From NCBI GenBank assembly GCA_020137815.1, contig CM035357.1, positions 1 to 64,000 on the forward strand: a DNA stretch of 64,000 nt. The letters are read 5' to 3'. Under the pieces are notes generated by a model that was not told the origin of the DNA, did no database searches, and saw only the letters and a list, made by a program, of their open reading frames with translations. Within the stretch, counting starts at the first letter, position 1; each line of letters begins with the position of its first letter. Made by a program: the position numbers and the translations under genes. This document shows positions 13,067-28,896 of this stretch, piece after piece. The DNA is from Hormiphora californensis (Eukaryota; Animalia; Ctenophora).

Positions 13067-16000
13067 TCAAAGTTCTGATATCTTCTCGAACCTTCCACCA
13101 CTGTTGACTGATGACATCACTCTGTTGACTGATGAAATCACTTTGTTATTGTTGGTCGGGTTATACCCACCAGATCCACCGGTTACTGAACCTCTGGACG
13201 TTAAGAGAGTTTTACTGCTCAGCCTCTTGTAAAGTGTACTTTGGGAATATCGATTTGCCACCTGAAATAATGGAGGTGTTTTATGTTCTAATCCTGCATT
13301 TGTGCAGTGAGACAGAATCGAGCAATGAAATAACACAGTTTGTGGTTTTCCACTTGTTCTCGAACTCTCATGTTGCTATAGTTACCAACTTGTTCTCGAA
13401 CTCTCATGTTGCTATAGTTACCAACCTGTTCTCGAACTCTTCTGTTGCTATAGTTACCAACCTGTTCTCGAACTCTCCTGTTGCTATAGTTACCAACCTG
13501 TTCTCGAACTCTCCTGTTGCTATAGTTACCAACCTGTTCTCGAACTCTCCGGTTGCTATAGTTACCAACCTGTTCTCGAACTCTCCTGTTGCTATAGTTA
13601 CCAACCTATTCTCGAACTCTCCTGTTGCTATAGTTACCAACCTGTTCTCGAACTATCCTGTTGCTATAGTTACCAACCTGTTCTCGAACTCTCCTGTTGC
13701 TATAGTTACCAACCTGTTCTCGAACTCTCATGTTGCTATAGTTATCAACCTGTTCTCGAACTCTCCTGTTGCTATAGTTACCAACCTGTTCTCGAACTCT
13801 CCTGTTGCTATAATAGTTACCAACCTGTTCTCGAACTCTCCTGTTGCTATAGTTACCAACCTGTTCTCGAACTCTCCGGTTGCTATAGTTACCAACCTGT
13901 TCTCGAACTCTCCTGTTGCTATAGTTACCAACCTATTCTCGAACTCTCCTGTTGCTATAGTTACCAACCTGTTCTCGAACTATCCTGTTGCTATAGTTAC
14001 CAACCTGTTCTCGAACTCTCCTGTTGCTATAGTTACCAACCTGTTCTCGAACTCTCATGTTGCTATAGTTACCAACCTGTTCTCGAACTCTCCTGTTGCT
14101 ATAGTTACCAACCTGTTCTCGAACTCTCCTGTTGCTATAATAGTTACCAACCTGTTCTCGAACTCTCCTGTTGCTATAGTTACCAACCTGTTCTCGAACT
14201 CTCCGGTTGCTATAGTTACCAACCTGTTCTCGAACTCTCCTGTTGCTATAGTTACCAACCTATTCTCGAACTCTCCTGTTGCTATAGTTACCAACCTGTT
14301 CTCGAACTATCCTGTTGCTATAGTTACCAACCTGTTCTCGAACTCTCCTGTTGCTATAGTTACCAACCTGTTCTCGAACTATCCTGTTGCTATAGTTACC
14401 AACCTGTTCTCGAACTATCCTGTTGCTATAGTTACCAACCTGTTCTCGAACTCTCCTGTTGCTATAGTTACCAACCTGTTCTCGAACTCTCAAGTTGCTA
14501 TAGTTACCAACCTGTTCTCGAACTCTCCGGTTGCTATAGTTACCAACCTGTTCTCGAACTCTCCTGTTGCTATAATAGTTACCAACCTGTTCTCGAACTC
14601 TCCTGTTGCTATAGTTACCAACCTATTCTCGAACTCTCCTGTTGCTATAATAGTTACCAACCTGTTCTCGAACTCTCCTGTTGCTATAGTTACCAACCTG
14701 TTCTCGAACTCTCCTGTTGCTATAATAGTTACCAACCTGTTCTCGAACTCTCCGGTTGCTATAGTTACCAACCTGTTCTCGAACTCTCCGGTTGCTGGTG
14801 ATGTAGATGATAAAGTTGAAGATGGGTGATGTGTAGAACATTGTGCAGGTCAACACCTGCGCTACCTGCAGAGTATAAGAGCTGTTTATTCCCACAGAAT
14901 CATATTTACTTGTATTATTAGTGCTAGTAGTGTCAACGTTCATGTCACGTGATGCCCATATAAGGTGTTGTGTTTCACGTGATGCCCATATAAGGTGTTG
15001 TGTTTCACGTGATGCCCATATAAGGTGTTGTGTTTCACGTGATGTCCATATAAGGTGTTGTGTTTCACGTGATGCCCATATAAGGTATTGTGTGTCACGT
15101 GGTCAACTTACTTTGTAGGACATGTTGACGTTGAGTGTGCCAAGAAGGATTTCAGGAAAAGTAGTAAATGTTCCTGATGCCACAATGCAACTGCTTATAA
15201 TAAGTAATGTAGTAGCATTCATTCTACGTTTTAAAATCACTGCAATCATTACCAAGTACCTGGAACAGTTATTAGTGAGCAGACTTAGTCCAAATGCCCA
15301 TATATGGTGTTTTGTGTACCACGTGATGCCCATATATGGTGCCCATTACTTACATGGCAGTTATGATAAGGATTGGCGTGATAAGGAAGGCGATGGGTTC
15401 CAGTCTGGAGGAGCCTTGAGGAACACACAAATGATATCTGTCGTTGTAAGAAAACTAAAACAAGACATGATTAATAAATGGGCAATCAATTAGTTAATTA
15501 GTTCATTAATCAGTTAATTAGTTAGATTGTTAATTGATTAATTAGATAATTAATTAACTAGATAATTAGTTTTTCTTACCGGCATGTTTTGTAAGGCATA
15601 ATGCCGTACAACGTAGTACATCAACAACAAACTTGGTAGAATCCACGATAACACGGCCAACAATTTACTGGTCCTGCAGAATGTGTTTTATAATATAGAT
15701 AACCCCGGCTAGTAGAGGGATGAAAACAATTTACTGGTCCTGCGAGGATTATGGTGAACAAACACCAAACGGCAAACACAATTGTTTGTTCAGATAAAAG
15801 CATCAATCTAACACTCTCATATAATAAATTACACGGTCGCTTGTAGTGGGAAAACGGTAATGGAAAACGAAAGATACAGTAAGACGACGCGCAACCGTGG
15901 CCAATCAGGGCGCTAGTACGTGCTGAACACATGTACTTTTTGCCGCGCGTTATGCACCGTGTGTGTCTCCTTACTGTATTTTCATTACGGTAATTTGACT

Positions 16001-18845
16001 ACAAGCAGCACTGTAATACTGGAATGATGAATCTGTCTGATAGACTGTCAGAGCATTGACCTGACCCATTATCGTGCGCGATAACTGTGGTCAGAGCATT
16101 GGCCTGACAGCTGATAGAGAATCTCTACGTGTTGTTTCTAACCTGTCTGTTATGATGCTAGGATATTTAATTGGAAACAGGATTGCCACAAGTCGGTCAA
16201 TAGTCAGAGGAAACAGACACAGTATCACGTTGTTCCTGAAAAGGGAGGTCAAGGTGATGCCCTTATTGAGTGTCACGTGATGCCCATGTATGGTGTTGAG
16301 TGTCACGTGATGCCTATATATGGTGTTGATTGTCACGTGATGCCCATATATGGTGTTGTGTATCACGTTACAAATGATTGACCTACCAGTAAAGTGTTGC
16401 GAAAATGTAGAAAGCGTTGCAGAATTCCAAATTACCAAATTGTTCATCAACACAAAACAATTTCTTGGAAATTATACTCATTCCTAAAAGAGAACACATC
16501 AATAATACTTGACTAGTACTACGTCGAATATAACGCAGCTTAAACACATATTCAATTTGGGTCACTACAATTTCCAATATGTACTTACCCCTAAGTATTC
16601 CAATGCCAGATAAAAGAGTATCATTTATCGCAATATTCATGATGAAAATGCTCTGAAAATGTGTCGAGGAAGTTTTGGAAAGGTCAACACTAAACATTAA
16701 ATACTTTAAACATATACAATACTTAAGGGTACACCGACCGAAATTTTTTGTCGAGTGCAGGGCAATCTCTCACCGTAGGGTTGTAGGCCATGCCAAGGAG
16801 ACCTCAAATATGCAATTTGAGCTCTCAAGTCGAATTCATATTTTTGCTACAGCTGTTTAAAAAATGTCCTGTAAATTCGTTTTTGGCATCTCAAAAAAAT
16901 TTTTTTAAAGATAGGAGCATGAAAATTTGGGGATTTGAAGAGGACATGAAGGTGAATAACCACAAAAAATTTTTTTGCAATCCGAGCTGATTTCCGGTCC
17001 TGAGATGGATTTCTTTTTTTCCACTTTAACGCCCTATTTGGCAAAGTTCCGAAAACATGTGAAAACTGTAAATTGGTGAAAAGTTGCGTCTAACGATTAT
17101 CTAAGTGGCCATAAATTTTGGGCGTATCCTTATTTGAGATAAGCTGTACAGAGTTTTTTTTGTGAAAGCCGTCATTTCAGAAATAAATAAATTCCCTGTA
17201 TCTCAAAAACGGCTGATCGTAGAGACCTGAGACTATGCTTAAACGATTCAGAAGGTCCGATTTTGGGGGGGTCTTCTGAGAGACATTTTGCTCCTACTTC
17301 AACCGTTTTTGCTGTAATTGCGAAAAACAAAAATTCATCTTCGCCATCGTGGATTTTTTGTGATTTTGTTTTTGGTGATTATAGGGACCCATATGGACCA
17401 AATAGTGAAGGAATTAGCTTGTTACACATTTTTCCATTTTTTTCGGTCCTTTCCTAGCCAAAATTCCCTAATTACAGGATATTGGAGTTTAGCTTTTGCC
17501 CTTTTCATAGAATTTGTTTTTCGCAGTTACAGCAAAAACGGTTGAAGTAGGAGCAAAATGTCTCTCAGAAGACCCCCCCAAAATCGGACCTTCTGAATCG
17601 TTTAAGCATAGTCTCAGGTCTCTACGATCAGCCGTTTTTGAGATACAGGGAATTTATTTATTTCTGAAATGACGGCTTTCACAAAAAAAACTCTGTACAG
17701 CTTATCTCAAATAAGGATACGCCCAAAATTTATGGCCACTTAGATAATCGTTAGACGCAACTTTTCACCAATTTACAGTTTTCACATGTTTTCGGAACTT
17801 TGCCAAATAGGGCGTTAAAGTGGAAAAAAAGAAATCCATCTCAGGACCGGAAATCAGCTCGGATTGCAAAAAAAATTTTTTGTGGTTATTCACCTTCATG
17901 TCCTCTTCAAATCCCCAAATTTTCATGCTCCTATCTTTAAAAAAATTTTTTGAGATGCCAAAAACGAATTTACAGGACATTTTTTAAACAGCTGTAGCAA
18001 AAATATGAATTCGACTTGAGAGCTCAAATTGCATATTTGAGGTCTCCTTGGCATGGCCTACAACCCTACGGTGAGAGATTGCCCTGCACTCGACAAAAAA
18101 TTTCGGTCGGTGTACCCTTAAAAACATTAAAGCTGAAATGTAATTACCTTTAGTCCAGGAAGACGAATAATATTTTTAGTGAGACAGTAAAGCACCGCCA
18201 AACTGAGAATAACACCAACAGTCCCTATAGACACTAAACACCCTCCCTGCAGAAAAAGAAACAATTGTTAAAATCTGCAGTTGAAGATTTTGAGAATTCG
18301 ATTTATATAGCAGGGTTTAAGGGTTTCTATATAGAGTTTACATTAATCAGTCGAAATTGACAGGACGGTTCCAAAATTATACAGCCATCATCCTTGATGT
18401 TTCCATAAAATAGATCTGGACGCATTTTATACTAAAGCATGGAAAACATTTCCATAATACTAAACAGAGCTCTGCAGAGTCGGGAATGAAATACGGGGGA
18501 TTACGACAAATAACATAACCCACTAGGGACATCATGGGGATGACGGGGGCCTGAAAGGAGAGCCCGAGAGGAAATCCCGAACCCATTCCCCAAAAGATTC
18601 ATTTGCGCATTATATTACCAAAATCATACTTTCACCACTCAGAAGGCGTACGTGTGTGAAAGTACAATTGGTAATGCGCAAGTGAATCTTTCGGGGAACT
18701 GGTTCGGGATTTTCTAACGGGCTCTTCTATCGGGATCCTGTAATCCACTCCTAGGAATCCAAAAACAAAGCGCTCCGCCAATGCTCTGACAGGAACATAT
18801 TAATTGTTAGAACTGCACCTGTAGTAGTAGTGACGTAAAATACAT
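13067..18845 (-). CDS. class A (rhodopsin-like) GPCR, ~336 aa; exons 18845-18819, 18246-18148, 16652-16589, 16483-16387, 16235-16143, 15673-15580, 15454-15354, 15259-15112, 14865-14773, 13261-13067
   Basis: Phase-compatible exons; TM2 FIMNIAIND, TM3 LTIDRLVAILFPIKY, TM4 VLSWILP, ECL2 Cys, TM6 FTTFPE, TM7 SPIFNFIIY; first 27-bp exon (ccaccATG) is less certain. Confidence 0.85.
13353..14796 (-). repeat. 36-bp minisatellite x ~40 derived from the GPCR exon 9 donor junction
   Basis: Minus-strand unit AGCAACAGGAGAGTTCGAGAACAG|GTTGGTAACTAT = last 24 nt of exon + first 12 nt of intron; 327-bp higher-order period. Confidence 0.93.
14944..15100. repeat. 30-bp dispersed minisatellite CACGTGATGCCCATAT(A/T)(A/T)GGTGTTGTGTTT
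   Basis: 5 copies here; also at 15296-15340, 16254-16367, 54780-54812, 54877-54910. Confidence 0.9.
16727..18117. mobile_element. Kolobok-like foldback MITE in GPCR intron
   Basis: TTAA|GGGTACACCG...CGGTGTACCC|TTAA; ~600-bp near-perfect inverted arms; TTAA TSD with RR..YY termini. Confidence 0.8.
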
Positions 18846-19762
18846 GGTGGATCTAGTAACTGTGTCGCTTGTAGTGGGAATACGGTGTCTGAGCAATACG
18901 GTATTTGACCATTACCAGTCGCTTGGAGTGATAAACGTAGGGCGCGAAGGTTTCATAGCATATAATGAAAGCATTGCATGCGCGCACCATTAGCACTTTT
19001 ATTTACTTACTTTGCAGGACACATGTGTTGTTAATCTGGCCAGATTGACAACACATGTGTCCTGCAAAGTAAGTAAATAAAAGCACCAGATCTGGTGCTC
19101 TCTGATTGGTCACGCTAGCGCGTCGTCTTACCGTGTCCTATCAGTTACTGAACCTTTTTTAAAATAAAACCGATACCCGGAGTCTCACTGTGTGACATTG
19201 GAACACCGATTGCGTGCGAATTCTAGCTGTGTGGAGCTTACTCTTGGTCGCCACGGGTCCTCTGTCACATATTGGTCACAAGGCTGCACACTTGTACAGT
19301 ATAAACAGTATTTCAACATACTGTTTCGGTGAAAATAAGCGGTGGCCGGTGCTGTAACCTTTTAATGTTGAAGCTATTCTTTTTGCTGCGTCTGACTCTT
19401 AGTCGCACTTCATATGTTGATCAACCAGACTCGGACTGACGTAACAATATCGCTCTCGTTCATTCAAACCCCCCCCCCCATTTCGTTTTCATTTAGATGC
19501 ATTTTGTAATTTGTACATATGAGAATGATGCCAGCTGAATTCTTTGTTCTTTCGATCACTGATTTCCATAACAAAAGAACGTTATCTCTCTCAACTATCA
19601 TCACACACAGACATGAATCATGATGAGTAATGATATAATTGACTTGAGCATCATGTAGAGTAAAAGTGATAGTTGTATATTACCCCTTACTCAACAACTT
19701 GAGCATGAATTCCCCCCCCCTGGGTTCGCGGCATTGATCACAGATACACTTGCAAGACATAA

Positions 19763-24369
<4,607 letters not shown>

Positions 24370-25285
24370 AAGGCTGGTTGTGAGACTAGTATGCGTAGTA
24401 CGTGTAGTACGCATTGCGTACACTACATTGTCGCAAGATCTACAGACTATACCGTAACCAATCATTTGACATTTGGATTCGACATTGATTGTATCTTACA
24501 TAGAACAGCCTTGTCCCCCCTATAATTAAGGTTTTTGTTTATGTACTATCATGGAGACACAGCTAAATGTTCCTAATTTCCATCTGCAGTTGAAATTATT
24601 CAGATTCTCTGGACAGTACTGTGTGAGACTCAACAAGTGCCTCCACTGCTGCGGCGCCGAAACTGAGCCCACAACCACAAGCCCCGCCCGCCCCACCCCC
24701 TACTGCACGCCCCACCCCCACCACTACCTCCCGCCCCACCACTATCACTAACACTACCTCCAATCTTAGCCGTAGTAATATAAACCAAATTGCAGAAAGT
24801 GCCAAACACTGCAAGCATCGTCTTGGTTTATTCGGAAAGCGAGCACCTCGTGATTGGATAAAAGTGCTGCTTGTAGTCGTATTACTGTAATGAAAAGTCA
24901 AGAAACATCTGTTTTTCAAAACTCAGAACGAACTTTTTTTTACAAAATATACACCTTAATCAGCTATATAAATCTCGGGGGTGATAAGTTTTAGTGATTT
25001 AGTATTTAGGAACATTTGGGGGGAAAAGAAAAGTACACGTGTGGGTGAAAATTGCAATAAAATTGTGCCGATATGCAACTTTCATCTCCACGTGCACTAA
25101 AGGGGTTTCTCATGTTGTGCTACTGTGTACTGGATGGTGTTGTACGTGGTAACACGTGAGAGTGTTCTATATATTAGCAGGTGTGGATTATGTGTGCATT
25201 AGTCTCTCGTCCTCTCTCTCTCTCTCTTCACTGCTAGATGTTGTTCGCGGTGTTAGTGTCTCTCCCAATCGTAGAACCTTTCAGT

Positions 25286-27290
25286 TTACTTGGACAACAT
25301 AATGTTCAGGAACTCTGAAACGGATTAAAGGATTAGGAATCGGGGTGGGTGGCGTTAGTTAGGGGTGGGGCGGGATGGGGCGGTGGGGCGGAGGGGCGGT
25401 GGGGGCGGTGGGGCGGGGTGGGTGGCGTTAGTTAGGGGTGGGCGGGATGGGGCGGTGGGGCGGGCGGAGTGTGTTATTGTTAGTGGTATCTCGTATCTTT
25501 AGTAATTAAGGCAGGTGTTTATCAAAACGCGAACGATTGAGTTTATTCTTTGATGTGGTTGAGGATAAATTAGAGGAATTCCACTCGGGGCTAATTCTAT
25601 TTTCAAACATTTGACTGAAATATTTCAGGTAGTTTCCATTTAAATTAGCCTCTAATTATTGTACAGCAGAGGCGGTGTTAAATTTGGTAAATTTGAAGTT
25701 TTACATCGAGGGAAGTGCTAAGAAGTGACAGGATAGTCATCAATGCAGGGAAGAGATTCAAGAAGAGCTAAAACCGGAAGAAAAGTATAAAGTTAAGAAG
25801 GTTAAAACATGTCAATTGAGGGTTGATTGAAAGGCTTTAGTGTAAACTTTGTGTAAATTTTGCTCGAAGAAGCCCTAAAAGGAGCAGTTGGCGAGGTCAA
25901 AATGACAGGAAACTTCATCTGAGAGAACTTACCGTCGTAGTTGATAACTCCATCTCCATCAACATCATTAGTGAGGGGTGGGCGGGGTGGGGTGGGGTGA
26001 GGCGGTGGGGCGGTGGGGCGGGTTGGGGCGGTGGGGCGGGGTGGGGCGGTGGGGCGCTGGGGCGGGGTGGGGCGGTGGGGCGGGGTAGTAGTTGAGAACT
26101 TACCGTCGTAGTTGAGAACTCCATCTCCATCAACATCAGCCTCCTTGATCATAGCAGCAACTGCACGGGGGAGAGGGGGACATGTTAGATCAACTACAAG
26201 GGGTAGAGGGTGATGTTATAGCAACTACAGGGGGAGGGGGAAATATTATAGCAAACTGTGGGGAGGGGGATTGTCTACATGCAATAACGTGCAAGCAATA
26301 TGACAATCACAGGGATGATTTATAGAAGGCAACAACTTACTCTCTCCATCGCCCATATCCTCTCCGATGTTGGCCATGACGTGCTTTCAACTCAGCGGCG
26401 TCAATAACTCCATCCCCTCGCTTGTCGAAGATCTTGAAAGCTTTCTTGTACTCGAATTCAGGGTCAGCCTTCTCCATCTGTCGGGCCATGAGGGTACAGA
26501 ACTCAGAGAAATCGATCTCTCCGGATCCTGGGGGGGAGGATGTTAGTAATGGGAGGGAGGTTTTAGTAATGGAAGGGAGATTTTAGTAATGGAAGGGAGA
26601 TCTTAGTAATGGAAGGGAGATCTTAGTAATGGAAGGGAGATGTTAGTAATGGAAGGGAGATTTTAGTAATGGGAGGGAGATTTTAGTAATGGGAGGGAGA
26701 TTTTAGTAATGGGGATACTCGTGGTCGAGATGGAGGAGATATGTGAAGCCAGTATAAGACCAACTCAATAAGTGATGGTGTTATGAACGTACCATCAGAA
26801 TCGACCTCGGAAATCATAACACCGACTTCCTTCTCATCAATGTCCTGTCCAAGGGTCCTCATGACAGACGCCAACTCTCCAGTGGAGACGGTTCCGGAAC
26901 AATCTTCATCGAAAATATCGAAGGCATCCTTGAATTCTCGAACCTGCTCGTCGTTCAGACCGAGCTGGGCTTTAAGGGTCTGAAAATGGGGTGCAACGTG
27001 GGGTTAACGATTTGGTATTGCAGATGCTTAGTATTAGATGACTGGGGAGGGGACCGGACTTTGAAATGGCTTTTTCAAGTCATTGAATAGCGTAGTGAAT
27101 CGACAAGAAGTAAGTTGGGGAATTTACAAGTAGAGAAACAATTAAAAGCCATACAACCGATAATCAATATCTTCTCTAAATTTTAGTACTATTATCATAG
27201 ACTTGTTATAAAACACACGAATAGATCGAGGGAGTTCACACTTCACACGATTAGCATCTCCATTCTTTATGCACCTACCGGATTCAGCAT
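25286..27290 (-). CDS. calmodulin-like 4 EF-hand protein, ~156 aa; exons 27290-27279, 26979-26793, 26527-26341, 26160-26104, 25314-25286
   Basis: [74 protein letters not shown]; one extra base at ~26385-26387 shifts the frame; too divergent for canonical calmodulin. Confidence 0.88.
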
Positions 27291-27426
27291 CTTGTTTCAA
27301 AGGGGGGAGAGAGGAAGCAGAGAAAACAGCAAAAATATAAATTCAACACAACTAGCCGGGCCTCGCGGTGTGTAGCTTTCTGTACGCGTAATGAAATGTT
27401 CCGTCAACGCATTCCCTAAATATTTC

Positions 27427-27478
27427 AACCAATGAGAACAGAGAACAGTAGTCACGTGACATGGCATTAACCAATCAG
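27427..27478. promoter_or_regulatory. CCAAT - E-box - CCAAT module upstream of the calmodulin-like gene
   Basis: AACCAATGAGAAC-N11-GTCACGTGAC-N10-CCAATCAG, ~140-190 bp upstream of the ATG; more E-boxes and ATTGG at 27827-27872. Confidence 0.55.
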
Positions 27479-27562
27479 AGGCGAGGTATATCAACACCTG
27501 ACTTAATACAGTTTGTACTATAGTTCCGGCACACGCACCGGTCACCAGCAGGCCTGTAGTCG

Positions 27563-27640
<78 letters not shown>

Positions 27641-27646
27641 GAGAGA

Positions 27647-27688
<42 letters not shown>

Positions 27689-28896
27689 GATGGAAAAGAA
27701 AGAAAGACAGTAGAAAGGGGAGCAGGTTTTCCCGAAAAACCACATCTGCAGCTGCACATCGTCGCACAAAGCAAGGTTAGACCCATGGAGAATGTGTATA
27801 CAATCGTTTACACGTGTCTTGCACATGTCACGTGACTTTATTGGCTTAGGTCACGTGATCACGTGACGTGTTGGTATCGGTGGTATGGGTCACTCCGTGG
27901 AATTGCAACTGCTAACACACACCTGGAAAGAGCGAGGAAGAGAGGTAGAGATATCTTTATAGGCCATTTTTAGGACCTTTCCAGATGAGAAAAACACAGC
28001 TGACAGCTGCCCCTGCAGTAATCGGTCCTCATATAATTCCCCGGGCAGCTGCGCCCCCCCGCCCTCTGCGATGACCGCAGTCATTGTTTGTTGAGGTGTG
28101 GTTGGCCTCACACCCAACTCAACAAGGCAGGGGCCAGTCAGCTGTATAGGACGAGGGGCCAGGACGTGGTTTACATGAGCTATAGTTCTGCCCAACATGT
28201 GAGATAATCTAACAGTTTGAAGTGCAGGGGCGGATAGTGATTCAATGTATATCTAATGCAGGGGCGGATAGTGATTCAATCTAATGCAGTTGAATGTGGG
28301 GCAGGTAGTGATTTAACCTGTTTATAAGAGCTGTGTTAACTTATCACTGAGTGGTTGTTACGTGTTCTAATAGTAGTTCCCTAGTGTCAATAGGCAGTTA
28401 AATGGCGGATTAGGTCGCAAGTCAGGAAATAAGCCCAGGAAATGACGACAGGAATCCCCGTTTGCGCATTTAACGAATATGAGCTTGGCACGATTGGTGA
28501 CATAGACACATGTGTGGGGGTCACCAAGGACTCCCAGTGGGAGTTCAATTAGGAATCCGTAATCCGCATACATAACAAATATGAATTGTAGAATAGTTTT
28601 TTAAATTAGAATTAGTACATATAATATTGCATCGGCAAATTTACATAATCTCCACAACAATTGTATAGGCCTGTGATAATTTTAACGAGATTTTTTCTGA
28701 ACAGTTGCCCCGCGGCAGTTGAATTGTTCAGTGTCAAGCGACTCAACGCGGAAGCTCCATCAGAAAGTTGTATTGAACTGTTATATCGTTTATTATCAAA
28801 CAGTAGCACTGTCAGAGCTCATTGGCCTGAAACTGTGACAGGTATAGCACTACTGACCAGTGTTACATACCATTATGCACCCTAATTGCACCCTTT

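Noticed and set aside
13132-14829. 565-aa plus-strand ORF (VTNLFSNSPVAI repeats)
   Set aside because: Stop-free antisense reading of the 36-bp intronic array of the GPCR
25286-27290. Canonical calmodulin or photoprotein
   Set aside because: Too divergent from invariant CaM; four-EF-hand CaM layout and length do not fit a photoprotein
27890-28885. Short ORFs between the calmodulin-like gene and the iGluR
   Set aside because: No recognisable domain or consistent splice model; a decayed gene cannot be excluded
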